NCBI RefSeq assembly: GCF_024502345.1
Contig: NZ_JALDNN010000001.1
Length of the DNA: 64,000 bases
Strand: one strand, 5' to 3'
Source: Escherichia coli
GTDB lineage: Bacteria > Pseudomonadota > Gammaproteobacteria > Enterobacterales > Enterobacteriaceae
Numbering within the stretch: position 1 is the first letter of the stretch; each line of letters starts with the position of its first letter. The notes beneath the pieces were generated by a model, which was not told the DNA's origin, ran no database searches, and saw nothing but the letters and a program-made list of their open reading frames with translations. A program made the position numbers and the translations under genes. Positions 50,670 through 64,000 of this stretch are shown here, in pieces.

Positions 50670-50797
50670 CTGGCGTTTGAGAATCACCAGAGCGGGGTAA
50701 ATTTAAATTATGAGAGGTTGGTCATATTATCGCGGGGAAACGAAGGGAGGGATTTGCCAAAGCAATGCTGCGCCAACGTCTGGCACATGTTCAACGT

Positions 50798-50853
<56 letters not shown>

Positions 50854-51429
50854 TTAGTAGTAGGAGTGTTCGCCGCGCTGGTGTTCGGTGAGATCGCGCA
50901 CACCTTTCAGCTCCGGGAATTCGTTTAGCAGCTGCTTCTCGATCCCTTCTTTCAGCGTCACATCGACCATGGAACAACCGTTACAGCCGCCGCCAAATTG
51001 CAGAATGGCGTAACCGTCTTCGGTGATTTCCATCAGTGAAACGCGACCACCGTGACCAGCAAGCTGTGGGTTGATCTGCGACTGCAGCATATACTCCACG
51101 CGCTCCATCAGTGGTGCATCGTCTGCCACTTTACGCATTTTGGCGTTAGGCGCTTTCAGTGTTAGCTGAGAACCCAACTGGTCGGTAACAAAATCGATCT
51201 CTGCATCTTCCAGGTAAGGAGCGCTTAACTCATCAACATACGCGGTCAGCAGGTCAAATTTCAGGGCAGTGTCGGTGGCTTCCACGGCATCCGGCGGACA
51301 ATAAGAAACACCACATTCAGCGTTAGGCGTGCCAGGGTTAATCACAAATACGCGGATTTGTGTCCCTTCTTCCTGGTTTGCCAGCAGTTTGGCAAAGTGC
51401 GCTTGTGCAGCATCGGAAATACGGATCAT
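50854..51429 (-). CDS. nfuA: Fe-S cluster biogenesis/carrier protein NfuA
   Basis: 191-aa ORF; C-terminal Nfu CxxC (GGGCNGCSM). Confidence 0.9.
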
Positions 51430-51487
51430 AGTAATGGCCTAATAGTTGACTATTTTAGTTGGTTATAATACGCCCATCATCGAGGCT

Positions 51488-52979
<1,492 letters not shown>

Positions 52980-53005
52980 GCACTTTTGAATGGCGAGACA
53001 GAACT

Positions 53006-53884
53006 TTACTGACTCGCCGCAGCCAACTCTTCTTCTGACAGCCCGGTAAATCGCAGAACGTCCTCAAGAGGGACTCCGGCATCCAGCATGGTTTTGGCAA
53101 TAGCACGTATACCTTTCTGAAACCCCTCCTGCCGCAATCTTTCCGCAATAGTCATTAAACTCTCCTTGTGTTTCGGTGAACGTTCGGCAACGCCGTCGAT
53201 AAAATCGTTAAAACGTACCGCATCGCCGGTTTGCAAGATGTAATTAAACAGCCCTTTGATTTGTCTGTCATTAGCGTATCCACTACTTAATAAGCAGGCC
53301 ATTTGCTCTACCAGCCCCATCAGGTCGCGTTGACGAATATGTTTTTGAATTAACTCCAGCAGCGCCATACGTCGGTGCTGCATGATTTCATCATCAGGCA
53401 TGACGGTGACATCAATCAGCGGAAATGCGGAGGCATAAAGCTGCCTTGCCAGTTTGGGATTGGCGAAACAATCCAGCCAACACAGCGAATAGGGATAGGG
53501 GCTTTCAATACCGTGGTAAAACAACAATGGCACCACCATCGGCAACGTTTTGTATCCAGCATCAAGGTGATTTTGCATTGCGGCAATAGCGTAACGCATC
53601 ATGCGAAATGCGATCAGTTTGTTTGAAGTGCTTTGATGTTCAATCAGACAATAGATGTATCCTGGTCCTTGTTCTGTTTTCACCGACCACAGCACATCGG
53701 AATAGCTTTCACGCAGATCGTCATCAATAAAGCTGTTCGACTCCAGCTTGAGGGTTTTCATATCACAGAGCGCGTGAATGGGTGCCGGTAAATGAAACGC
53801 AAGAAAATCGCGTGCCGTCTCCGGTTGGCGTAAAAATAGTTTGAACAGCGCATCGTGTGGGGTGGAACTCTGCTTTTTGCTCAT
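53006..53884 (-). CDS. rpnA: Rpn-family recombination-promoting nuclease / transposase-like protein (YhgA, RpnA)
   Basis: 292-aa ORF ([27 protein letters not shown]...), recalled as YhgA. Confidence 0.85.
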   Translation of the reverse strand: MSKKQSSTPHDALFKLFLRQPETARDFLAFHLPAPIHALCDMKTLKLESNSFIDDDLRESYSDVLWSVKTEQGPGYIYCLIEHQSTSNKLIAFRMMRYAIAAMQNHLDAGYKTLPMVVPLLFYHGIESPYPYSLCWLDCFANPKLARQLYASAFPLIDVTVMPDDEIMQHRRMALLELIQKHIRQRDLMGLVEQMACLLSSGYANDRQIKGLFNYILQTGDAVRFNDFIDGVAERSPKHKESLMTIAERLRQEGFQKGIRAIAKTMLDAGVPLEDVLRFTGLSEEELAAASQ

Positions 53885-54086
53885 GGCGTTCCTTCACCTG
53901 TTGTTTGAATGCCGCGACTCTACGCGCCACTCCACACCTGTGCATTAGCCAGTTTTCATCCCTGCAAGACGCTTTCAGAGGAACTTACGTCGCGCTGCAA
54001 GAATTGCATTTTTATGGAAAGCCGCACGCAAAAAAGCCCGGATGCAAACGCATACCGGGCTTTTCAAAACAGGCGATGGAGTATGG

Positions 54087-54323
54087 TTAACGCAGCGCCC
54101 ACCACTCGCGCAGACAGGCTTTTCCTTCCGGGCAGCTTTTACAACTGCCGGAGAGGCAGCCGTCAGGTTCTTCCTGAATCCGCACGGCTTTGCCCATACT
54201 TTCCAGTTGTTGCAGCATGGCGTTAATCATTGGCTGTGGAGTGTTCAATGTCTTGCTTATCTGGGCCGCTTCCATACGGCCCCGTAACGCCAACAAATCA
54301 CGCACCTGAATAAGTGAAGCCAT
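54087..54323 (-). CDS. feoC: Ferrous iron transport protein C (putative [Fe-S]-dependent regulator)
   Basis: ORF track 54087..54332; start set at ATG 54323 ([13 protein letters not shown]...), 78 aa; Cys cluster [15 protein letters not shown]; start overlaps the feoB stop by 1 nt. Confidence 0.85.
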   Translation of the reverse strand: MASLIQVRDLLALRGRMEAAQISKTLNTPQPMINAMLQQLESMGKAVRIQEEPDGCLSGSCKSCPEGKACLREWWALR

Positions 54324-56644
54324 TAATGGCAATCACCGGTGGTGCTGGCTGCGCAGCAACTACTTACCGACTTGCGGGTTGCCAGCAGTTCGATATCCAC
54401 CCGGCTACGCGCGCGGCGCAGCAGACCGATAACCACGATGTTAAACAGGATAACCGCCAGAATGCACACCAGGCTGTAAGTTGGGTGCTGACTGTAGCTG
54501 GCGACCTGATAGAACAATGTTGCCAGTGAGTAAGCGATATTCAGCCCCCACAGGATGGAGAAGCCCATCCAGCCACGGCTTGATTCACGGGCGATGGCTC
54601 CCATCACCGAGATGCACGGTACATACAGCAGGACGAAAATCAGGTAGCTGTATGCGGCAGCTGCGCTACCGAATTTCTGATCCATCACGCCCATCGCCCC
54701 GGTACCCATTTCGCCGTCGCCTTTGCTAGCTTCAATGGGGTTCATCAGTACGCTAAGGCTGAAGGTGTCTTTCAGGCTCTGCCAGGTTTCATCTACCGCG
54801 CTGAACAACTCTTCACCGAGGTTAAATTCCGCCGGATTGAACTCTTCGTCCTGAATATTTTCTGCGGTGTAGAGGGTGTTGAGCGTACCCACCACCACTT
54901 CTTTCGCCATTGCACCCGTAAACAGGCCAACTGTTGCCTGCCAGTTATCTTCATGCACGCCAATCGGCTTGAAGACCGGGGTGATCACCCGGCTGACGGA
55001 AGCCAGCGCCGAGTCGTTGATGTTATCGACGATTTTCCCGCTCAACGAGAAGCTGTTGAAAGCGCTCAGGAAAATGCTGACGATGATAATCACTTTACCA
55101 GCACGCAGAACGAAGCCTTTCAGACGCTGCCAGGTCTGGATAATCAGGCTTTTAACGTGTGGTACATGGTAGACCGGCAGCTCCATGACAAACGGCGTCG
55201 CTTCACCGCGCATGATGGTGTACTTGAGCATCAGGCCAGTCAGCACCGCCATCACGATACCCAGCATATACAGCGAGAAGACCGCCAGCGCACCGTTCTG
55301 CCCGAAGAAGGCAGCCGCGAATACTGCGAAGATAGCCAGACGCGCGCCGCAGGACATAAACGGTGCCATCATGATGGTCATCAGACGTTCACGCGGTGCA
55401 TCAAGCGTACGTGCACCCATTACCGACGGTACGTTACAACCGAAACCGACGATCAGCGGCACAAAGGATTTCCCCGGCAAGCCCAGCGCCTGCATCAGGC
55501 GGTCCATCACAAACGCTGCACGCGCCATATAGCCGGAGTCCTCAAGGAAGGAGAGGAACAGGTACATCATGCCGATCTGCGGCACCAGTGGCAGCACGGT
55601 GTTAATACCGCCACCCAGGCCCTGGGCGAGGAAGATAGTCAGCCAGTCCGGGAAGTGGAGCGTGTAGCCAATCCATTGAATACCATGCACAAATAGCGCC
55701 ACGGAGCCGACGTCAAACAGCGGCTGTAACGCCCCGCCGATGTTGATAGCCAGCAGGAACATCAGGTACATCACAAAGAGGAAAATCGGCAGACCGAGGA
55801 AACGGTTGAGCACGATTTTATCTACCGCAGTGGTGAAACGGCTGGGTTCTGCCGTCAGGGTGTTGCTTACCACATCACAGATGGCCGCAATGCACTGGTA
55901 ACGCGCATCGGCAATGTGCAGCGCCGGATCGTCCATCTCATTACGCAGACGGGCGAGGGCGGCATCAAGATGCTGCGACGCTTCACCGGCGTAGGCGCGG
56001 CTGTAGATATCGCCTTCCAGCATTTGCAGGCCCAGCCAGCGACGTTGTTTCAGCGGGATGTCGGAAGGCATCACTTTTGCCAGTGAATCTGCTTCGTTGA
56101 GCAGCGGCTGTGCGTAATGCACCAGTTCCACATTCTCGTTAGCTTTATAGCGATCAATCGCCAGCTTGAGCGCTTCAATACCGCGACCACGGGTTGAAAC
56201 CAGCGGGATCACCGGACAGCCAAGACGCGCCGACAGAGCATCAATTTCAATACGAATATTTTGCTTCTCGGCAATGTCGAGCATGTTCAGTGCCACGATG
56301 CAGGGAATGCCGAGTTCCAGCAGTTGTAGCGTCAGGTACAGGTTACGCTCAAGGTTAGACGCATCCACCACGTTAATCAGCAGGTCGGCGTCGCCACTCA
56401 AAATGTAGTGACAGGCGATTTGCTCATCGAGCGAGGTCTGCGATGAGATGGTGGTCAGAGAATAGGTGCCGGGCAGGTCCACCAGCGTGACCTGATGATC
56501 GGTGGTGGAGAATTGCCCTTCTTTACGTTCGACGGTAACGCCAGCCCAGTTACCTACACGCTGACGTGCGCCAGTGAGCTGGTTAAATAAGGTTGTCTTG
56601 CCAGAATTTGGATTACCAATTAAGCCAATGGTTAATTTTTTCAT
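54323..56644 (-). CDS. feoB: Ferrous iron transporter B (GTPase + permease)
   Basis: ORF track 54323..56656; start set at ATG 56644 ([21 protein letters not shown]...), 773 aa; N-terminal G-domain P-loop. Confidence 0.95.
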   Translation of the reverse strand: MKKLTIGLIGNPNSGKTTLFNQLTGARQRVGNWAGVTVERKEGQFSTTDHQVTLVDLPGTYSLTTISSQTSLDEQIACHYILSGDADLLINVVDASNLERNLYLTLQLLELGIPCIVALNMLDIAEKQNIRIEIDALSARLGCPVIPLVSTRGRGIEALKLAIDRYKANENVELVHYAQPLLNEADSLAKVMPSDIPLKQRRWLGLQMLEGDIYSRAYAGEASQHLDAALARLRNEMDDPALHIADARYQCIAAICDVVSNTLTAEPSRFTTAVDKIVLNRFLGLPIFLFVMYLMFLLAINIGGALQPLFDVGSVALFVHGIQWIGYTLHFPDWLTIFLAQGLGGGINTVLPLVPQIGMMYLFLSFLEDSGYMARAAFVMDRLMQALGLPGKSFVPLIVGFGCNVPSVMGARTLDAPRERLMTIMMAPFMSCGARLAIFAVFAAAFFGQNGALAVFSLYMLGIVMAVLTGLMLKYTIMRGEATPFVMELPVYHVPHVKSLIIQTWQRLKGFVLRAGKVIIIVSIFLSAFNSFSLSGKIVDNINDSALASVSRVITPVFKPIGVHEDNWQATVGLFTGAMAKEVVVGTLNTLYTAENIQDEEFNPAEFNLGEELFSAVDETWQSLKDTFSLSVLMNPIEASKGDGEMGTGAMGVMDQKFGSAAAAYSYLIFVLLYVPCISVMGAIARESSRGWMGFSILWGLNIAYSLATLFYQVASYSQHPTYSLVCILAVILFNIVVIGLLRRARSRVDIELLATRKSVSSCCAASTTGDCH

Positions 56645-56660
56645 TGTTGTTATCACCGTA

Positions 56661-56888
56661 TTAACAGGAAACCGCTTCCACTTCTAATAAGGCCAGATCT
56701 TTTTTGCGTAATACCAGGCTCACACGACGGGTTTCGATATGAATGGGGTCGCCGAGTGGAGCGACGCGCACCACATTAAAAGAGGAGCCAGGTAACATGC
56801 CTAGAGAAAGCAGTTTTTGGCGATATGCCGGGCTGATTTCACGGGAAAAGCCAGTGATTTTCCACGCAGTATCTGGAGTGTATTGCAT
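56661..56888 (-). CDS. feoA: Ferrous iron transport protein A
   Basis: 75-aa ORF directly upstream of feoB. Confidence 0.9.
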   Translation of the reverse strand: MQYTPDTAWKITGFSREISPAYRQKLLSLGMLPGSSFNVVRVAPLGDPIHIETRRVSLVLRKKDLALLEVEAVSC

Positions 56889-56998
56889 AGGTGCCTACTT
56901 GTTTCTCATTAACTGGATAACTACCTCATGGGGCGTTTGACAGCGACATGAGACCAGATGATTTGCCAACGAAGGAGAGATTAAATAATCAACAGTAC

Positions 56999-57092
56999 AA
57001 TGATAATGAGAATGGTTTCTATCAGCAATACTTAAAATGTGTGCGAATGTTGGTTTGAATAATAATCTGACTCAATGTTGATGTGGCTCAAG
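56999..57092 (-). promoter_or_regulatory. feoABC promoter region: candidate Fur box and FNR site
   Basis: aatgataatgagaatggtttctatc (56999-57023) is Fur-box-like; ttgatgtggctcaa (57078-57091) matches TTGAT-N4-ATCAA at 9 of 10 positions. Confidence 0.4.
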
Positions 57093-57325
57093 GTTATATC
57101 GCAGCGAAAATATAATTCGAATAGAGAATTACCAGGACTGGCTAATGTTTAATTAAGGTTTCAGTTGTTAATGAAGTGATAAATATTAACGAAATATATT
57201 GTGAGTTTGGCTGTGGAATAAATATGCCGGAGATATTCTCCGGCACTTTTATGTCAGGCAAGGCGTTCGTTGCCAGATGCGGCGTGAACGCCTTATCGCG
57301 CAGGTTTAGGGGCCAGTCCGGGCGT

Positions 57326-59647
57326 TTAACGTTTTTTGCCCATTGCTGCCGCCAGCGCGTCCATCATCGCGCTGTTACCGGCAGGCTGCGCTTCACGACC
57401 GCGTGGTTTGGCTGCCGGGCGGTTGTTTTGCGGGCGATCGTTACCGCCGCCGCGACGAGAGTTGGTTTCGCCAGGCTGCTCGTCCAGACGCATGGTCAGG
57501 GCGATACGTTTACGCTGAAGATCCACTTCCAGCACTTTCACCTTCACAATGTCGCCCGCTTTCACCACGGTATGCGGATCTTCTACAAACTTGTTCGACA
57601 ATGAAGAGATGTGAACCAGGCCGTCCTGATGCACGCCGATATCGACAAACGCGCCAAAGTTGGTGACGTTGGTCACCGCACCTTCGAGGATCATACCCGG
57701 TTGCAGGTCGTTCATTGTCTCGACGCCATCGGCAAACTGAGCGGTTTTAAATTCCGGACGCGGATCGCGACCCGGTTTTTCCAGCTCTTTGATGATGTCA
57801 GTTACTGTCGGCACACCGAATTTTTCATCAGTAAAGTCAGACGCTTTCAGGTTACGCAGTTCGCTGCTGTTACCCATCAGATCTTTCAGTGCCTGCTGTG
57901 TTGCTGCCAGAATGCGTTCCACCACCGGATAGGCTTCCGGGTGGACGGTAGACGCGTCCAGCGGGTTATCACCGTGGTTAATGCGCAGGAAGCCCGCGCA
58001 CTGCTCGAAGGCTTTCGGCCCCAGACGGCTGACTTTCAGCAGTTGCTGACGGTTCTTGAACTGGCCGTTCTCATCGCGCCAGGCCACGATGTTTTGCGCC
58101 ATCATGCGCGTCAGGCCCGCCACGCGGGTTAATAGCGGAACAGAAGCGGTGTTGAGATCGACGCCAACGGCGTTTACGCAGTCTTCTACTACTGCATCCA
58201 GTTTGCGGGCCAGTTGCGTCTGGCTGACGTCATGCTGATACTGACCTACGCCGATAGATTTCGGATCGATTTTCACCAGCTCCGCCAGCGGATCCTGCAA
58301 ACGGCGGGCGATAGATACCGCACCACGCAGCGAAACGTCGAGATCCGGGAACTCCTGCGCTGCCAGCTCGGAAGCTGAGTAAACCGACGCGCCAGCTTCG
58401 CTGACGATCACTTTCTGTGCGGTCACTTTCGGGAACTGCTTCTGCACGTCGAGATAGAAACGTTCAGTTTCGCGGGAAGCTGTACCGTTGCCGATCGCCA
58501 CCAGTTCAACGTTATGTTTTTCACACAAGGCAGCAACGGTCATCGCTGCTTTTGCGGCTTGTCCGGTGTGCGGGTAAATGGTATCGGTCGCCACCAGTTT
58601 GCCAGTGGCATCGACCACCGCCACTTTTACCCCGGTACGCAGACCCGGATCGAGGCCCATCGTTGCACGCAGTCCGGCAGGGGCCGCCATCAGCAGATCG
58701 TGCAGGTTACGGGCAAAGACGTTGATTGCTTCATCTTCCGCGCGTTCGCGCACGGTACCCATCAGTTCGGTTTCCAGATGCATCAGCACCTTGATGCGCC
58801 AGGTCCAGCTCACTACGCCTTTGCGCCAGCTATCCGCCGGGGCATTGTTCAGGCGCAGGCCAAGGTGATCCATGATGATTTGCTCGCAATAGCTCTCTTT
58901 GGGCGGCTCATCGAACTGCGGATCGGCATTCAGCGAAAGCTGGAGTACGCCTTCGTTACGCCCACGGAACATCGCCAGCGCGCGGTGAGAAGGCACCGTG
59001 GACAACGGTTCGTGATGATCGAAATAGTCGCGGAATTTCGCCCCTTCCTCTTCTTTACCGCTCACCACCGTAGAAACCAAATGCGCGTTCTTCCACAGAT
59101 AATCACGCACTTTCGCCAGCAGCGCGGCATCTTCGGCAAACCGTTCCATCAGGATATAGCGCGCGCCATCCAGCGCGGCTTTGGTATCTGCCACGCCTTT
59201 ATCGGCATCAACATATTGTGCAGCGGCGACTTCTGGCGTGTGTGACGGATCGCTCCACAGCAGGTCAGCCAACGGCTCAAGCCCTGCTTCAATGGCGATT
59301 TGCCCGCGGGTGCGGCGTTTAGGTTTGTAGGGCAGGTAGAGGTCTTCGAGTTCGGTTTTGCTTAGGGTGGCGTTGATGGCCTTCGCCAGATCATCGGTGA
59401 GTTTGCCTTGCTCGGAAATGGATTTGAGGATCGCCTGACGTCTCTCTTCCAGCTCGCGCAGATAGCTCAGACGCGTTTCCAGATTACGCAGCTGCGTGTC
59501 ATCCAGACCGCCGGTGATTTCCTTACGATAACGTGCGATAAACGGCACGGTATTCCCTTCGTCAAGCAGGCGAACGGCAGCGTCAACCTGTTCCGGGCGC
59601 GCCTGAATTTCACCCGCAATAATGCGGCAGAACGAATCATTCATCAT
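57326..59647 (-). CDS. yhgF: Tex-like transcription accessory protein with C-terminal S1 domain (YhgF)
   Basis: 773-aa ORF; YqgF/RuvC-like and HhH segments, C-terminal S1 domain and basic tail. Confidence 0.9.
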   Translation of the reverse strand: MMNDSFCRIIAGEIQARPEQVDAAVRLLDEGNTVPFIARYRKEITGGLDDTQLRNLETRLSYLRELEERRQAILKSISEQGKLTDDLAKAINATLSKTELEDLYLPYKPKRRTRGQIAIEAGLEPLADLLWSDPSHTPEVAAAQYVDADKGVADTKAALDGARYILMERFAEDAALLAKVRDYLWKNAHLVSTVVSGKEEEGAKFRDYFDHHEPLSTVPSHRALAMFRGRNEGVLQLSLNADPQFDEPPKESYCEQIIMDHLGLRLNNAPADSWRKGVVSWTWRIKVLMHLETELMGTVRERAEDEAINVFARNLHDLLMAAPAGLRATMGLDPGLRTGVKVAVVDATGKLVATDTIYPHTGQAAKAAMTVAALCEKHNVELVAIGNGTASRETERFYLDVQKQFPKVTAQKVIVSEAGASVYSASELAAQEFPDLDVSLRGAVSIARRLQDPLAELVKIDPKSIGVGQYQHDVSQTQLARKLDAVVEDCVNAVGVDLNTASVPLLTRVAGLTRMMAQNIVAWRDENGQFKNRQQLLKVSRLGPKAFEQCAGFLRINHGDNPLDASTVHPEAYPVVERILAATQQALKDLMGNSSELRNLKASDFTDEKFGVPTVTDIIKELEKPGRDPRPEFKTAQFADGVETMNDLQPGMILEGAVTNVTNFGAFVDIGVHQDGLVHISSLSNKFVEDPHTVVKAGDIVKVKVLEVDLQRKRIALTMRLDEQPGETNSRRGGGNDRPQNNRPAAKPRGREAQPAGNSAMMDALAAAMGKKR

Positions 59648-59743
59648 GGTTTGAGTTCATCTTTTCGGATCAAAAATCAGGGGATAGTTATACGGACTGG
59701 CTGGCAAAAATGCCAGCCATCGGCAGGAGGTTAAGACTCTTCC

Positions 59744-60220
59744 TTACGGTTTCACGTACTCGATAGCATTAACATACCAGCTCGCTTCCCCGGCAGGGGT
59801 ATTCACCACCGCCAGATCGCCGACTTCTTTTTTCAGCAATGCGCGGGCCATCGGGGAATCGATAGAGATGTAATCTTTACGGCCAAAAATTTCATCGTAG
59901 CCGACAATACGGAAACGGTGAGTCACGCCATCGTCGTTTTCAATCTCCACCCACGCGCCAAAAAAGACTTTGCCTTCCTGCTGAGGGGAGTAATCGACGA
60001 TTTTGAGATTTTCCAGGCATTTAGTGAGATAGCGCACGCGACGGTCGATTTCACGCAGACGCTTTTTATTATACTGATAGTCAGCATTTTCGCTGCGGTC
60101 GCCCAGACTTGCGGCCCAGGTCACCTTTTTTGTGACCTCCGGGCGTTCTTCACGCCAGAGATAATTAAGCTCTTGTTTGAGTTTTTCATACCCTTCCCGG
60201 GTAACCAGGGGCGTTTTCAT
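59744..60220 (-). CDS. greB: Transcript cleavage factor GreB
   Basis: ORF track 59744..60256; start set at ATG 60220 (MKTPLVTREGYEKLKQEL...), 158 aa. Confidence 0.9.
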   Translation of the reverse strand: MKTPLVTREGYEKLKQELNYLWREERPEVTKKVTWAASLGDRSENADYQYNKKRLREIDRRVRYLTKCLENLKIVDYSPQQEGKVFFGAWVEIENDDGVTHRFRIVGYDEIFGRKDYISIDSPMARALLKKEVGDLAVVNTPAGEASWYVNAIEYVKP

Positions 60221-60447
60221 CTCGTTGATTCCCTTTGTCTGTTTGATAATGCGCACATTGGGTATAACGTGATCATATCAACAGAATCAATAATGTTTCG
60301 CCGAATAAATTGTATACTTAAGCTGCTGTTTAATATGCTTTGTAACAATTTAGGCTGAAATTCATACCAGATTTAGCTGGTGACGAACGTGAGCTTTTTT
60401 AAGAATACACGCTTACAAATTGTTGCGAACCTTTGGGAGTACAAACA

Positions 60448-62516
<2,069 letters not shown>

Positions 62517-62520
62517 ATAA

Positions 62521-62547
62521 ACGGGAGGCGAAGGTGCCTCCCGTTTT
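62521..62547. terminator. Bidirectional Rho-independent terminator between convergent envZ and pckA
   Basis: acgggaggc gaaggt gcctcccgt flanked by an A-run upstream and a T-run downstream. Confidence 0.7.
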
Positions 62548-62591
62548 GCTTTCTATAAGATACTGGATAGATATTCTCCAGCTTCAAATCA

Positions 62592-64000
62592 TTACAGTTT
62601 CGGACCAGCCGCTACCAGCGCGGCACCCGCAGGGGTGTCGGTGTATTTATCGAAGTTGTCGATAAACAGTTTCGCCAGGGTTTCGGCTTTTTCCTGCCAC
62701 TGTTCCGGAGAAGCGTAGGTGTTACGCGGATCGAGAATCTTCGTGTCTACGCCCGGCAGTTCGGTTGGGATCGCCAGGTTAAACATCGGCAGAGTGAAGG
62801 TTTCTGCATTATCCAGCGAACCGTTGAGGATGGCGTCGATAATGGCGCGGGTATCTTTAATCGAGATACGTTTGCCAGTGCCGTTCCAGCCAGTGTTAAC
62901 CAGATAAGCCTGCGCGCCCGCCGCCTGCATACGTTTCACCAGCACTTCTGCGTACTGAGTCGGGTGCAGCGACAGGAACGCCGCGCCGAAGCAAGCGGAG
63001 AAGGTTGGCGTCGGTTCGGTGATGCCGCGCTCTGTACCGGCCAGTTTGGCGGTGAAGCCAGAGAGGAAGTGGTACTGGGTTTGATCGGCAGTCAGACGAG
63101 AAACCGGTGGCAGCACACCAAAGGCGTCTGCGGTCAGGAAGATAACTTTCGTTGCGTGGCCCGCTTTGGAAACCGGCTTAACGATGTTATCGATGTGATA
63201 GATCGGATAAGAAACGCGGGTGTTCTCGGTTTTTGAACCATCATCAAAGTCGATAGTGCCATCTTCACGCACGGTGACGTTTTCCAGCAGCGCATCGCGA
63301 CGGATAGCGTTGTAGATTTCAGGTTCCGCTTCTTTCGACAGCTTGATGGTTTTCGCGTAGCAGCCGCCTTCGAAGTTAAACACACCGTCATCGTCCCAGC
63401 CGTGCTCGTCATCACCAATCAGGCGACGTTTCGGGTCGGTGGAAAGGGTGGTTTTACCAGTGCCGGAAAGGCCGAAGAACACCGCAACATCGCCTTTCTC
63501 ACCAACGTTGGCGGAGCAGTGCATAGAAGCGATACCTTTCAGCGGCAGCAGGTAGTTCATCATCGAGAACATCCCTTTCTTCATTTCGCCGCCGTACCAG
63601 GTGCCGCCAATCAGCTGCATGCGCTCGGTCAGGTTAAAAGCCACGAAGTTTTCGGAATTCAGACCCTGTTCTTTCCACTGCGGGTTAGTGCACTTCGCGC
63701 CGTTCATAACGATAAAGTCAGGTTTGAAACCTGCCAGCTCTTCATCGCTCGGGCGAATAAACATGTTTTTGACAAAATGCGCCTGCCAGGCCACTTCGGT
63801 GATGAAACGGACGGAAAGACGAGTATCCGGGTTCGCACCACAGAAGGCGTCGACAACGAACAGACGTTTGCCGGAAAGCTGTTTGGTCACCAGGCCTTTC
63901 AGAAGTTGCCAGGTTTCCGGAGAGAGAGGTTTGTTATCGTTCTTACCTTTGCCTTTGTCTGCCCACCAGAAAGTATCGCGAGTGGTATCGTCACGGACGA
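62592..64000 (-). CDS. pckA: Phosphoenolpyruvate carboxykinase (ATP), 3' portion; gene continues beyond the window end
   Basis: Frame stays open to the window edge; C-terminus ...[10 protein letters not shown]; kinase P-loop (GLSGTGKTT). The ORF track entry 62592..63890 is truncated at an internal Met. Confidence 0.9.
   Translation of the reverse strand, partial: VRDDTTRDTFWWADKGKGKNDNKPLSPETWQLLKGLVTKQLSGKRLFVVDAFCGANPDTRLSVRFITEVAWQAHFVKNMFIRPSDEELAGFKPDFIVMNGAKCTNPQWKEQGLNSENFVAFNLTERMQLIGGTWYGGEMKKGMFSMMNYLLPLKGIASMHCSANVGEKGDVAVFFGLSGTGKTTLSTDPKRRLIGDDEHGWDDDGVFNFEGGCYAKTIKLSKEAEPEIYNAIRRDALLENVTVREDGTIDFDDGSKTENTRVSYPIYHIDNIVKPVSKAGHATKVIFLTADAFGVLPPVSRLTADQTQYHFLSGFTAKLAGTERGITEPTPTFSACFGAAFLSLHPTQYAEVLVKRMQAAGAQAYLVNTGWNGTGKRISIKDTRAIIDAILNGSLDNAETFTLPMFNLAIPTELPGVDTKILDPRNTYASPEQWQEKAETLAKLFIDNFDKYTDTPAGAALVAAGPKL

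Overview
This window is Escherichia coli core chromosome, in inverted orientation relative to the K-12 map as I recall it. Gene order: livG (3' end)-livF-ugpBAECQ-yhhA-ggt-yrhB-yrhD-yrhA-yhhZ-yhhY-ryhB-yhhX-yhhW-gntRKU-yhgN-asd-glgBXCAP-[accessory islet + IS903]-glpD/glpEGR-rtcR/rtcBA-malT/malPQ-gntT-nfuA-gntX-bioH-yhgA(rpnA)-feoCBA-yhgF-greB-ompR-envZ-pckA (3' part). All gene identities are from recall of E. coli protein sequences and synteny; no database search was possible. Start codons were re-derived by hand where the ORF track over-extends the N-terminus. Two accessory spots stand out. (1) Between glgP and glpD there is an uncharacterised, lower-G+C four-gene operon: a polytopic membrane protein fused to a PstS-fold domain, then three unknown proteins. 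Its second gene is split by a complete 1057-bp IS903-family element with perfect 18-bp terminal inverted repeats and a perfect 9-bp target-site duplication. This islet is the best candidate for an undescribed system. (2) An AT-rich islet carries an Hcp-fused HNH-nuclease toxin (YhhZ-like) translationally coupled to a putative immunity gene (YrhA-like) and a 51-aa ORF missing from the ORF track (YrhD-like); no T6SS core genes are in the window. Also present: the RyhB sRNA with its Fur-box promoter, a sigma54 promoter for rtcBA, MalT boxes, GntR operators, candidate Fur/FNR sites for feo, REP/BIME elements and several terminators. No rRNA, tRNA or CRISPR array was seen.
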